IMG/VR virus record: IMGVR_UViG_3300029288_000110
Coordinates: 1-64,000 of that record
Strand: one strand, 5' to 3'
DNA: 64,000 nucleotides
From: a virus
Taxonomy: Duplodnaviria > Caudoviricetes
Below, in pieces: positions 18,101 to 27,821 of this stretch. Both the position numbers and the translations under genes were made by a program. Positions within the stretch are counted from its first letter, which is position 1. Each line of letters starts with the position of its first letter. The notes below the pieces were generated by a model that made no database searches, was not told where the DNA came from, and saw nothing but the letters and a program-made list of their open reading frames with translations.

Positions 18101-20470
18101 ATGCCTGATTATCTCTTAAAAGAAGATGGCGGATATCTGCTTAAAGAAGATGGCGGAAAAATAATTCTCAACGGCGCTTTCGCCCCGCCCCCAACGGGCG
18201 TCACCGCTACGAAAGGCACATATACCGATAAGGTCGTTATTACCTGGACGAAAAGCACTGGCGCCACCGGCTATAAGGTATACAGGGGAGCGGTACTGGT
18301 TGACACTCTGGGAGACGTGGCGACTTATGACGATACCGGCGCGGACGCGCCGACAATTACACCCGGCACGGCATCAGCGACAGACGGCGATTATTCCGAT
18401 AAAGTCGTCTTAAGTCTGGCCGGTGAATCGGTCGCCAACGGCACCACGCACACCTATACCGTTATAGCGGTCAATGATGAAGGGGAGAGCGGGCCGAGCG
18501 AATCCGATACCGGCTACCGCGGGCACGGCTCGCTAACTTACCAATGGCAGCGCAGCGCGGCGGATAGTGACGCTAATTATTCTAATCTTACCGGTGCCTT
18601 GACCGACCCTTATAATGATACCACCGGGCCCGGTGACGGCACCGGAAGGTATTACAGGTGTGTGCTTAACGCTACCGGCGCGACGGAGGAAACGTCATCC
18701 AGCGACCGAGGTATCCGCGCCCATAAACTAAAGCCACGCAATATCTCGCAGGTGGTAGTGGTAAACCCGGACGGAGAGGTATTAAGTTTTTGTCCCAATG
18801 CCTGGGGTATCAGCCCGGAAACCCGCGTTAACGAGCTGGACTCGTTAACCTTTTGCCTACCAACAGACAGCCATGCCGAGCCCTATCTGGAATACCCCAA
18901 CGAGGTCTGGCTGGTCAAAGATGGAATTCTCAAAAACGAATATAAAATATTTGATGTGGAGCGGATATTGGCGGGCGGCGCAGCCTATTTGAAGGTCACC
19001 TGCAAACATTACGGCTATGTCCTCGTCAAGGACAAACCCATCCTCTCGTACAATAAAACAATCGCGGATGGCATAAATACTACCGGCCATCTGACGGCGT
19101 TCCTTGCCTATCAGGAAACGGCGAGGGTGACGCTCGGCGGCGTCAGCCCTTTCCTGGAAAAAATCATTGCGGTTAACATCGCCAGCGTCACCGATATCTG
19201 GGAGGCCTTCAAGCTCATTCGGGATACGGTCGGGGGGTATTTATACTGGGAGATAAACCCGGCCACGCCGCTGGTGCGTAAAATCTGGCTGTTGAATGAT
19301 ATCGGCGTCAACACCGGCCAGGAAATTAGAACAGGCAAAAATCTCTTCAATATAAACCATAAAACATCGTACGATGATTTTTATAACCGGCTATATGCCA
19401 CCGGCAGCAGTGTGACTTTAAGCGGCAAAACTTTTACCAAGGTCAGCATGGAAAAATCCTCCGACGCCACTTATGGTTACCTCAAATTATTAGAGCAGTA
19501 TGGGGCCTATAAAGGCTGGACAGGGTTGGGGAATGCGCTTCCCACCGGCATGTATATCTATAAGCCTGGCGGCACCTGGAATAATCCAAGTTCTATAGTC
19601 TCCGCTATTGGCTGGGCGCATCCCTCATATGCTATCGATAATAATGAGTCCACCATAGCCTCCTATCCAAAGTGGACAGCATATTCATGGTCATCTTATC
19701 TTGAAGTTGCCATTACGTCTACTGTTTCTACGCAGGTTAAATGGTATCACAATCATTATTTCAGCGGCGGGCTACCGCAATCATTTTTATATGAAGTAGA
19801 TATTTATTATGGCGGCGCCTGGCATAATATTTATACCGGCGCACCCGGTGTTGATGACGGCTTTACAACTACCACCTTCGACCAGCAGACCATTACCGGC
19901 GTGCGTATGCGTGCCTATAACATGGGCATGGACGCCGGAGAATATTGTGCCGTTAAAGAGATTTATGTCTGGAATACCAGCGGTTATATCGATGAGACCT
20001 CAAAATTCGTACAGGGCGCGGATGAAGCCACTGTCCGCTGCGCTATCGCGGATTATGACGCTTCCGCGCCATACGTGATTACCTACTACCATGCAGATTA
20101 TCTGATCGACCTGGAGAGCGTGGACGGGCACGATACGCTGGCTGCCGGCTGGCGCAGTAATATCATCACCGGCAATGAAGCATTTTCCGCCACGGATGTA
20201 GATGCCTTGCTATCACTAGGCAGAATAGAACTTACAGAACGGAAGACACCGCGCGTCTCTATTGATATCAACGCCATTGACCTCTCGGTAGAAGAAGGGC
20301 TAGAGTTCGAGGAGCTGGCGTTGGGCAACACCGTAAAAATCATTGCGGAGGAAATTAATGTGGCGGAGACGCAGCGCATCGTCGGTATCATCAAGCCGGA
20401 CCTTGACCACCCTGGCAAGGTAGAAATAGATATCGGAAATAAGACCCTGGATATTATCGATGAAATTTAG
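18101..20470 (+). CDS. tail tip / Tal-like protein with N-terminal FN3-like and internal binding domains
   Basis: PTGVTAT..ITWTK..GYKVY FN3 pattern; IRTGKNL..NRLYATG and LGNTVKII tail-endopeptidase-family motifs. Confidence 0.75.
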   Translation: MPDYLLKEDGGYLLKEDGGKIILNGAFAPPPTGVTATKGTYTDKVVITWTKSTGATGYKVYRGAVLVDTLGDVATYDDTGADAPTITPGTASATDGDYSDKVVLSLAGESVANGTTHTYTVIAVNDEGESGPSESDTGYRGHGSLTYQWQRSAADSDANYSNLTGALTDPYNDTTGPGDGTGRYYRCVLNATGATEETSSSDRGIRAHKLKPRNISQVVVVNPDGEVLSFCPNAWGISPETRVNELDSLTFCLPTDSHAEPYLEYPNEVWLVKDGILKNEYKIFDVERILAGGAAYLKVTCKHYGYVLVKDKPILSYNKTIADGINTTGHLTAFLAYQETARVTLGGVSPFLEKIIAVNIASVTDIWEAFKLIRDTVGGYLYWEINPATPLVRKIWLLNDIGVNTGQEIRTGKNLFNINHKTSYDDFYNRLYATGSSVTLSGKTFTKVSMEKSSDATYGYLKLLEQYGAYKGWTGLGNALPTGMYIYKPGGTWNNPSSIVSAIGWAHPSYAIDNNESTIASYPKWTAYSWSSYLEVAITSTVSTQVKWYHNHYFSGGLPQSFLYEVDIYYGGAWHNIYTGAPGVDDGFTTTTFDQQTITGVRMRAYNMGMDAGEYCAVKEIYVWNTSGYIDETSKFVQGADEATVRCAIADYDASAPYVITYYHADYLIDLESVDGHDTLAAGWRSNIITGNEAFSATDVDALLSLGRIELTERKTPRVSIDINAIDLSVEEGLEFEELALGNTVKIIAEEINVAETQRIVGIIKPDLDHPGKVEIDIGNKTLDIIDEI

Positions 20471-20487
20471 CGCGGGAGGGTTTTGAT

Positions 20488-20853
20488 ATGGCTGTTTGGA
20501 TAGGCGTTTCGATAACGGTATTACTCTTTATCGCGGCGGTAATCGGGTTTTATACACGGGAAAAGCAATGGCAGACCCGGCAGGAAGCCCGTGATAAGGC
20601 CCTCGATAAAAAAATCGATAACAAAATAGACGGCCTGGCGGCCACCGTCGAGCTGAAAATTACCGGCATCCGTGAAGATATGGACGAGGTCAAACAAATC
20701 CTCGGCAACGGGCACGGCCTCCGCCATGATGTTAACGCGATGAAGACTTTATGCGCCGGCCAGACCGCCACCATCCACGGGGAAATCAAGGAAATTCGCA
20801 CACGCCTTTCCGCCCAGCAGCACGAGATTGATGAAGTCAAGGGGAGGAAATAA
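20488..20853 (+). CDS. membrane-anchored coiled-coil protein (lysis region)
   Basis: single N-terminal TM helix then coiled coil. Confidence 0.6.
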   Translation: MAVWIGVSITVLLFIAAVIGFYTREKQWQTRQEARDKALDKKIDNKIDGLAATVELKITGIREDMDEVKQILGNGHGLRHDVNAMKTLCAGQTATIHGEIKEIRTRLSAQQHEIDEVKGRK

Positions 20854-21650
20854 TGATGGACTATAAACTTGGTAAGGCCCCGGCCAGGCGGGACCCGCGC
20901 ACGCTCAAGCTCAAAACAGTTTTAAAAATCAGGCTGCCCTCCATCCCGGCGGCGTTCGATATCGATAAAGCCCTGGGGCTGGAAATCCCCACTCCCATGT
21001 ATGCCAATGACCGGTACGGAGATTGCGTCATCGCCGGGCGCGCGCACCAGACGCTCCGCCTGGAAGGTTACGAGCAAAACAAAATCCTCCCCATCCGTGA
21101 ACAGGACGTGACGGAGGAATATTTTATCCAGACCGGCGGCGCGGATAGCGGGCTTTATCTGCTGAACTCGCTTAACGATTGGCGCAATGACGGCTGGGAA
21201 GCGACCAGCGAGGTTAAGGTATCCCGGAAGATTCTCTGCCTGCCCAGCACCACTAAATATATCCGGCGCCGGTACACTATCTATGCCTACGGCGCCGTCG
21301 ACCCCAAAGACCAGGACGATGCGAGAGCCTGTATTTATCTGCTCGGCGGGCTGTATACCGGCCTGCTGCTTCCCTTATCCGCGCAATCGCAAGCCGTCTG
21401 GGATGTTGACGAAAGTGAAAACGGACGGCCCGGGAGCTGGGGCGGCCATTGCGTCTACATCATGGCCTATGACGAGCAATATCTCACTTGCGTAACCTGG
21501 GGCTATAAACAGAAAATGACCTGGGAATTTCTCATAAAATACTGCGATGAAGCCTTTGGCGTCATCGATAACAAAGATAACTGGCTGGGGGATGCATCCC
21601 CGCTCGATATTCCGCTGCTGGAAAGCTATCTGGAAAGCATTAAAAACTAA
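20853..21650 (+). CDS. papain-like (C1-type) cysteine protease at endolysin position
   Basis: NDRYGDCV (Cys), GGHCVYIMAYD (His), VTWG. Confidence 0.75.
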   Translation: MMDYKLGKAPARRDPRTLKLKTVLKIRLPSIPAAFDIDKALGLEIPTPMYANDRYGDCVIAGRAHQTLRLEGYEQNKILPIREQDVTEEYFIQTGGADSGLYLLNSLNDWRNDGWEATSEVKVSRKILCLPSTTKYIRRRYTIYAYGAVDPKDQDDARACIYLLGGLYTGLLLPLSAQSQAVWDVDESENGRPGSWGGHCVYIMAYDEQYLTCVTWGYKQKMTWEFLIKYCDEAFGVIDNKDNWLGDASPLDIPLLESYLESIKN

Positions 21651-21663
21651 AAAGAGGGGCATT

Positions 21664-22164
21664 ATGAATGACTGGTACAAATCGAAATTGTTCTGGCTGG
21701 GTGTGCTGCAAATCCTGGTAAGCGTGGGGGAATATTTGGCCGGGGTGCCGGCCGGGACATCGCTAATTACCGTGGCCACCGGCATCATTACCATCGTGCT
21801 CAAGTTCCTGCAGCAGTCCTCCGCCGCTGGTGCGTTGACGCTGGCGGATGCGGCGCGGTTGAACTGGCTGGAAAGGCTGTACGCTAAAATCTGGTTCAAT
21901 GTGGAGGCGCTCTGGATAAAGAGCGCGAGCCTGCGGCGGCCGTTCACCTACATGATGCGGGACTTTATACTGGAGCATAAAGCGTGGAGTGCCGTCATCA
22001 TCGTGATGGAAATAGTGGGGTTAATGTTCCTGACCCGGTGGAACTGGGTTGGGGGATTCTTCGCCACAGCTATATATTTTCTGGTGCTGGGTCACCTCGT
22101 GTGGGGCACGCCCATGGTCCACGGGGAGCAGGAATATCCGGAATATACCGATAATATATACTAG
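21664..22164 (+). CDS. holin-like multi-pass membrane protein
   Basis: WYKSKLFWLG holin-type start, about four hydrophobic segments; RBS GAGGGG. Confidence 0.65.
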   Translation: MNDWYKSKLFWLGVLQILVSVGEYLAGVPAGTSLITVATGIITIVLKFLQQSSAAGALTLADAARLNWLERLYAKIWFNVEALWIKSASLRRPFTYMMRDFILEHKAWSAVIIVMEIVGLMFLTRWNWVGGFFATAIYFLVLGHLVWGTPMVHGEQEYPEYTDNIY

Positions 22165-22198
22165 CAGTAGATACCCAAAGCGAATATTACCGACGGAA

Positions 22199-22236
22199 AC
22201 GGGGAGGGGCTAAAACCCTTCCCCGGCTTTTTTATT
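22199..22236 (+). terminator. terminator ending the late operon
   Basis: CGGGGAGGGG-CTAAAA-CCCTTCCCCG followed by T-run. Confidence 0.7.
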
Positions 22237-22296
22237 TGGCAATATTTGTTTATCACTAGCCCATTTATCTCCCTAAAAATATTTCTTGTAAAAGTA

Positions 22297-22324
22297 TTGA
22301 CAAATAGCATAAAAGGATTATAAT
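22297..22324 (+). promoter_or_regulatory. sigma70-type promoter
   Basis: TTGACA-16 nt-TATAAT. Confidence 0.7.
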
Positions 22325-22330
22325 GATATT

Positions 22331-22498
22331 ATGACCTACAAAATTGCAGACAAGAAAAATAGAAACAAAAGGATTAGAGAATACGCTAAGAACCACCCTG
22401 ATATGACGCAGAATTCTATTGCTAATATCTTCCATATTTCACAGGCAAGAATATCACGTATCTTAAGCAAATCCGGCCAGAAGGAGGAAGCGGTTTGA
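22331..22498 (+). CDS. small HTH regulator (Cro-like), 55 aa, not in the ORF track
   Basis: hand translation MTYKIADKKNRNKRIREYAKNHPDMTQNSIANIFHISQARISRILSKSGQKEEAV. Confidence 0.75.
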   Translation: MTYKIADKKNRNKRIREYAKNHPDMTQNSIANIFHISQARISRILSKSGQKEEAV

Positions 22499-22763
22499 TT
22501 TAGATTCCCGGGGCGCACAATATATGAACTGCTTGAGTTTATAATTGAGTCTATAGCAGACATAATATTGTAACCTTAATCTCAAGCCGCTATAACAGCA
22601 TTGTTAAATAGATTATTCAAACTAAAGTTCTGGACATTTGGTTCTGTTCAGGACTTTTTTATTGGCTGGGTAGTGCCAATAGTACTTAATCCTTATGCTT
22701 TTTGCTTGTAATCTCTGGTCAAAAGGCATATAACTATGGCACTAATCTCGTTAGGAGGAATAT

Positions 22764-23153
22764 ATGGGGCAATCATTAGAAAAGAGATTAAACGGTAATT
22801 GGCAGGAGGTGGTCCAATATGCCAGAGCATTCGGTGAAGAAGCCACCATGCGAGAGTACCACATCGCTGAATATGTCTCCTTACGCAACTATCTTGAGCT
22901 TCATGCGCCGGGTGAGAAATTCCGTTTTGCCATGCCCGAAGCTGACGACTTTACTGACACGAGAGCTTTTGATAACTTGGTCGAAGCTTTCATTCGCAAG
23001 ATTACGAATATGCAGTCTCAATATAACGATGCTCTGGCGAAGATTGAACAATTAGAATCCCAATTGGAAAAGGAAAGTAAAGCACGTTGGAAAAGAACCA
23101 GGCCGGCCATTGAGACCTTAATGAATCTTTGTAATTCCGCTGAAGAACGTTAA
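22764..23153 (+). CDS. hypothetical coiled-coil protein
   Basis: RBS AGGAGG, 129 aa. Confidence 0.7.
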   Translation: MGQSLEKRLNGNWQEVVQYARAFGEEATMREYHIAEYVSLRNYLELHAPGEKFRFAMPEADDFTDTRAFDNLVEAFIRKITNMQSQYNDALAKIEQLESQLEKESKARWKRTRPAIETLMNLCNSAEER

Positions 23154-23171
23154 ACAAATAAGGAGGGGAAC

Positions 23172-23375
23172 ATGAAAATATTTAACATTATCCTGCTCGC
23201 TGTCCTATTCGCCATGGCTATCATCGGCGGTTTTCACATCAATAATCTGAACCGCGACCTGGACAAAGCCGATACTACCATCGCTTCTCAATCTGTTGAA
23301 CTGGAAGCTGCCCATAGCTACATCAAAAAACAGCACCAGGAAATCACTCGGCTGGAAACAGAACTGGGTAGGTAG
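23172..23375 (+). CDS. small membrane-anchored protein
   Basis: RBS AGGAGG, N-terminal TM helix. Confidence 0.65.
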   Translation: MKIFNIILLAVLFAMAIIGGFHINNLNRDLDKADTTIASQSVELEAAHSYIKKQHQEITRLETELGR

Positions 23376-23442
23376 AATTCTGGAAAAAAAGAGAGGGGAG
23401 CGGCCGGCCAGCGCGCCTAAGCTCCCCGGAAGGGGGCAACCA

Positions 23443-23883
23443 ATGAACATGATTGTAATTTCCGGTAAAGGACGGGATTTTGCGGATGCCCTGAAAGAAT
23501 TGCTGATAGCGGTAGAGGTGGGCTGCGTTATCTACTTCGGGGCAAAAACCTTAAGTGGGGAGACTATCGTTAAGCGGGCGGAAAAACACGGCCGTAACAT
23601 AGGCGACCTGACCATCCGCGATATACAGCCCGGGGAAAGCGCCGGGGTCTATCACTTCTCTAATATTTTCGATTGGGGGAATTGGTCCGCCTCTGCCACG
23701 CAACTATCCCTGGCATTGCTCTATGATGCCACCGGTGACAAGGAAGCCGCCTACCGGCATTGCAAGGATTTCACGGACCGTCTCGTCTCCACCTGGGGCG
23801 TAAGATGGAGCATCCACCGGGAGCAGATCAACCGCTGGCTGTCTTTATGGGAAAGCAAGCAGAACGGCGGCGCCCATGACTAA
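23443..23883 (+). CDS. DUF6166-like protein
   Basis: HFSNIFDWGN..QLSLALL motif. Confidence 0.6.
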   Translation: MNMIVISGKGRDFADALKELLIAVEVGCVIYFGAKTLSGETIVKRAEKHGRNIGDLTIRDIQPGESAGVYHFSNIFDWGNWSASATQLSLALLYDATGDKEAAYRHCKDFTDRLVSTWGVRWSIHREQINRWLSLWESKQNGGAHD

Positions 23884-24334
23884 GCCGTTCGATGAAGCGA
23901 TAAAGCTCAAGGGTATCTGCCGGTTCTGCATTGTCCGTGACGGTGACATAAAATATTTCCATTGTAACCGCGCCGACCTGGGCGAATTCCTGGAGTACTG
24001 TACCAAAGAAGATTATCTGGCCTGCCCCTTTAATGAGGTGCATATGAGGGAGATGCCCCAGCTGCCACCTAAACCCAAGCCGTCAGTCTTCAACAAAACG
24101 CCGGTACCGGGGTCGTCCAGCTACATCGATGATTTAAAGAAGCTCGTTTTTGCTAACGACGGCCAGTTGTATTACTCCTGCTACAGATATTTTGACAAGC
24201 TCAAAAAAGACGTCGAGCCGTTGCTCAAAGACTATGATCTGTCCAAAGAGGCAGACAGGAAAAACGCCTGGCTAAGGCTGATAGATTATTACGCGCCGCC
24301 GCCGGACACTGGTATGGATACAAAAAGCAGATAA
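23876..24334 (+). CDS. hypothetical protein
   Basis: start overlaps upstream ORF; Cys-rich N-terminus. Confidence 0.6.
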   Translation: MTKPFDEAIKLKGICRFCIVRDGDIKYFHCNRADLGEFLEYCTKEDYLACPFNEVHMREMPQLPPKPKPSVFNKTPVPGSSSYIDDLKKLVFANDGQLYYSCYRYFDKLKKDVEPLLKDYDLSKEADRKNAWLRLIDYYAPPPDTGMDTKSR

Positions 24335-24343
24335 GGAGGTAAC

Positions 24344-24601
24344 ATGGCCGGAATCAAAATAGTTATCGAAAGGGTGGAGGGGCTGGATATCAAATTCAAA
24401 AAAGACTCGGACGTGCTGGCCCTCGAAGCGCATTTAACATCGGAGGACATCGCCCGCCTGCACAATCTCTCCAAACAGGGGGTGCCGCTCCAGGTCACGA
24501 TAGAAAGCCCCCAGGCGGAAATGGACCTGCGTATCGAGAAAGTCAATGCTACCACCGGCGAACTCTGGACGCCCAAATTCAAGCCGGACGCCAGGGATTG
24601 A
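24344..24601 (+). CDS. hypothetical protein
   Basis: RBS AAGGAGGT. Confidence 0.7.
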   Translation: MAGIKIVIERVEGLDIKFKKDSDVLALEAHLTSEDIARLHNLSKQGVPLQVTIESPQAEMDLRIEKVNATTGELWTPKFKPDARD

Positions 24602-24891
24602 CCGACGGTTAAAATAGAACCCATATTGGTTGCCGGCAGCGGAGTGGAAAAGGGTATAGGTGGCTGACTGCCAAATCAGTCAGACGAGACTCGCGCTAAC
24701 CAGCACCGGCACATAGCGAAAAGGGAGTGGGGGTGTGGCGAACGATTCCTGGCCGTCCATCGGTCGGAGGACACCGAACCGAGCCCCCGCCTCGGTAAAA
24801 AAAGGAAGGTTCTGTTTTGACGCAACGCCTGTTAGTTGGGAGGGAAGGACAGAATAAACCTCCCCATAAAAAAGGAGGAACGGAAAGAAAA

Positions 24892-25122
24892 ATGGGGAAA
24901 CTCAAGGTTGCCAAACGCCATATCATTGCCAACGCGGAAACCAAAAACTCTCATTCTTTTGTGGAATTTCGTGCCGAGGAAGCTTTTTCAAATCAGGCAG
25001 AAGCCGCTTTGCTCAAGGCGGCGGGAAACTGGATTGGAAAGCACGAGGATTGGGGTTTAATCGGAATGCAGCTGGAACACCGGCCTGATTACACTCTTTT
25101 TTATATTTTCTTAGAACAATAG
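24892..25122 (+). CDS. hypothetical protein
   Basis: 3' part of ORF 24817..25122 with purine-rich leader. Confidence 0.5.
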   Translation: MGKLKVAKRHIIANAETKNSHSFVEFRAEEAFSNQAEAALLKAAGNWIGKHEDWGLIGMQLEHRPDYTLFYIFLEQ

Positions 25123-25158
25123 AGAACTCAACCAAAACCAAAAAGGAGAGAGAAAATT

Positions 25159-26265
25159 ATGCCCAACATCATTAACGTACCCCTGTCCGCCCTGCGCCCC
25201 AATCCCTACCAGCCCCCCGGCCGCCTCGCCATGCCGGAGGAGCAGGCGCGGAAGGGCGGGGAATCCATCCTCCGCAGCGGCCTCATCCAGATACCCGTCG
25301 CCAGAGGCAAAGACGGGGTCTATGAAATCGGGGACGGCTGGCAGCGCAAATGCTGGTACGAATGGCTAGTGAAAAACGGCCATCCGGAATTTGACAGCCT
25401 CCCCGTCGACCTGCGGGAACTCATCGACGAGCAGATGGCTGACCTCATTGAGGAGACGGACGAAAACAAACAGAACATGACCGTCTTCGATAGGGCCTGG
25501 CTCTGGAAAAAGCGCTTGGCCGATTTTCCTAAAATCACCCAGAAAGACTTTGCCGCGCGGCGCGGCATCAGCCAGGGGGAACTTTCTAACACCATCCGTC
25601 TGCTAGACCTGCCGGAAAAAGTCCAGGCCATGATTATTTCAGGTGAAATATCAGAAAGCCACGGCCGGGCGCTGCTGGCGCTGAAAGAGCCCTCATTGAT
25701 ATTTGGCTTCGCTACTCAAATAGAACCTACGAAGATGAGTGTCACTAAACTTGAGGATGAAATTAAAGAATACCTCAACCGGCAGAAGCCAAAGTTGAAA
25801 GAAACGCCGCCGGAAGAAGACATCGCCGAAGGCGATACGGAAGAAAATATCGAGACCGCCGCGGAAGCGGTTGAAGAGGAACTCACACAGCTGGAACGGG
25901 AAGAACAGACAATCGTTAGTGAGAAGCCTGATAACATTAGTGAAGAAGCCCAAACAGTAACAGAAAAAGCCGGAGAACTCGCGGTAGAAATTGTGCAAAA
26001 CACCTTTGGTAAAAAGCCGGCCGCGCAGAAAACTCCTCCCAAACCCCCGGCCGCCGCGCCGCTGCCTCCCGCCCCTCTGGCAAAGCCCAATTGGAGCCGC
26101 AAGATCATTATTGAGGAAAAACAGGATTACTGCATAGCGTCCTGTATGAAAGCCGGCGGTGTTCCGGTCGCTAAAAAGATGGATGGAGATTTCCACCACG
26201 CCGTCGCCGCCGCCCTGCAATGGGTGGAAGAGCTGGAAGAGCAATGGAACAAGGAGGGTAAATAA
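25159..26265 (+). CDS. ParB/Spo0J-like protein (PRTRC ParB)
   Basis: LRPNPYQP, SILRSGLIQIP, HTH TQKDFAARRGISQGELSNTIRLL, ISESHGRALL. Confidence 0.88.
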   Translation: MPNIINVPLSALRPNPYQPPGRLAMPEEQARKGGESILRSGLIQIPVARGKDGVYEIGDGWQRKCWYEWLVKNGHPEFDSLPVDLRELIDEQMADLIEETDENKQNMTVFDRAWLWKKRLADFPKITQKDFAARRGISQGELSNTIRLLDLPEKVQAMIISGEISESHGRALLALKEPSLIFGFATQIEPTKMSVTKLEDEIKEYLNRQKPKLKETPPEEDIAEGDTEENIETAAEAVEEELTQLEREEQTIVSEKPDNISEEAQTVTEKAGELAVEIVQNTFGKKPAAQKTPPKPPAAAPLPPAPLAKPNWSRKIIIEEKQDYCIASCMKAGGVPVAKKMDGDFHHAVAAALQWVEELEEQWNKEGK

Positions 26266-26266
26266 T

Positions 26267-26644
26267 ATGGCCAGGAAATTTTACTTTAACGGGTTGGAAC
26301 TGCCGGACCCTGACCCCGCCATGAGTATTGACGAGGTGAGACTGATGCACGCGGCGTTAATGCAGGAGCTTTCCAATGCGGAGACCTCCACCAAAAAAGA
26401 TGGGGAGGATACCGTCATCACTTTCATCAAGCGGGTGGGGCAGAAGGCGGCAAAAGTCAAAGTCGAGGTAGAAATACCGGACGGCAAATTTTGTAATCCA
26501 GAAAAAGGCCCCTGTATTTTCTATTGGGAAGATGAGGATGGCTATACGGGATGTTCTTACCTTAAAAAAGATTCCTTTATCGAAGGATTTCAGCCTGAAT
26601 ATTACTCCAAAATGGATGGCTGTCCTAATCCGGAGAAGAAATAA
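26267..26644 (+). CDS. PRTRC system protein C (ubiquitin-like) with C-terminal Cys-rich extension
   Basis: RKFYFNGLELPDPDPAMSIDEVR..ELSNA..F.KRVGQK signature. Confidence 0.8.
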   Translation: MARKFYFNGLELPDPDPAMSIDEVRLMHAALMQELSNAETSTKKDGEDTVITFIKRVGQKAAKVKVEVEIPDGKFCNPEKGPCIFYWEDEDGYTGCSYLKKDSFIEGFQPEYYSKMDGCPNPEKK

Positions 26645-26889
26645 TGACCGCCCTCTCGTCCAAAGACTTTATCCGGCTGGCAAGCGCGGTACCGGAAAAG
26701 AAACTCCGGCTAATCCTGCTGGCGCAATCGCTCATCAAAGCGGACGGCACGCTGGACTTTAAAGCCGCCCAGTCCCGCCAGCCGGAACTCCATCTGGCCT
26801 GCGCTGAGGCTCGCGCCTACGTAACCGATGTCAGGACCGTCTTGAACGCGCTCAAGAAAATCAAACCGGTGCATGGGGGCGCTTTGTGA
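26644..26889 (+). CDS. hypothetical protein in PRTRC operon
   Basis: translationally coupled on both sides. Confidence 0.65.
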   Translation: MTALSSKDFIRLASAVPEKKLRLILLAQSLIKADGTLDFKAAQSRQPELHLACAEARAYVTDVRTVLNALKKIKPVHGGAL

Positions 26890-27821
26890 ACGGCCTGATG
26901 TTCCTTGATGCCCTGGCGCAAAAGCTCGCCTGCCCCCTTCCGTCCCTGAAAGAGGTCGAGCACCTGCTCTCCTATGGGGAGTTGCCCGGAACGGATGACG
27001 ATGAAAACAGCGAGATGACGCCGGAGGAAATGACCCGCTTCACCGAACTGGTGCGGGAATACATCCCGGAGCGCGCGGACAAAATCCGCCGGGAACCATA
27101 CTTCAACGAAAAGATCGGCTGGTTCTTCCACTATTTTCAGCAAAAATATTTCCCGCTGGATGATTATTACGTCCAGACCGCTTTTGAAAACGGGGAAGAT
27201 ATGCTGGATTGCCTCACGTACTTTATCCCGGTGCAGTACCAGGCGTTTGAAGAGGATTACTACCACGAATCGGGAGAGATGCGGGAAGGCTTCAGGCTAA
27301 TGCTGGCGCTGCTGGTCTGCCCCATTGATTCCGAGGGCGCCAAGGGCGCCGTCCTGGATGGGGCGAAGGAACTCGTGGGGGAGGAGCTGCCCGCCCTTAT
27401 TCCGCCCCTGGGCTGGACGATAAGGGAAATAGAAAAGCTGGTAACCGGCACGCCCTACGCCGGCCTCGATGACTTTGCGCGCTGGGTCAACCATGAGACC
27501 GGCTGCCAGATGCTGGATACCACCCAGGAAGAAGCTACCTTCGATAATCCGTCCTGGACCCGGGGAGAGGTGGAACGCCTTACAGCGGAATGGCGCCGCG
27601 CCCGTGTCATCCAAAAACGTTTTGAAAAACTGGCGGACTGGCTGGAAGAAAAGCCATCCAAACATTTCCGCTTGTTGCTGGGGCATCTCTTGGGCAAGCC
27701 GCTCCCCATGCCCCTGGCAGAAGTCTTTGATAAGGAGGAAACCGATGCCGCGAAAATCAAAACCGACCCGCGTCTCCGCCCGGCCACCCGCGCGGACCTG
27801 GCCGCCATCGGGCGTTTTTAA
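26886..27821 (+). CDS. PRTRC-associated protein (position of protein F)
   Basis: acidic helical protein upstream of E2-like gene; call by synteny only. Confidence 0.5.
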   Translation: MNGLMFLDALAQKLACPLPSLKEVEHLLSYGELPGTDDDENSEMTPEEMTRFTELVREYIPERADKIRREPYFNEKIGWFFHYFQQKYFPLDDYYVQTAFENGEDMLDCLTYFIPVQYQAFEEDYYHESGEMREGFRLMLALLVCPIDSEGAKGAVLDGAKELVGEELPALIPPLGWTIREIEKLVTGTPYAGLDDFARWVNHETGCQMLDTTQEEATFDNPSWTRGEVERLTAEWRRARVIQKRFEKLADWLEEKPSKHFRLLLGHLLGKPLPMPLAEVFDKEETDAAKIKTDPRLRPATRADLAAIGRF

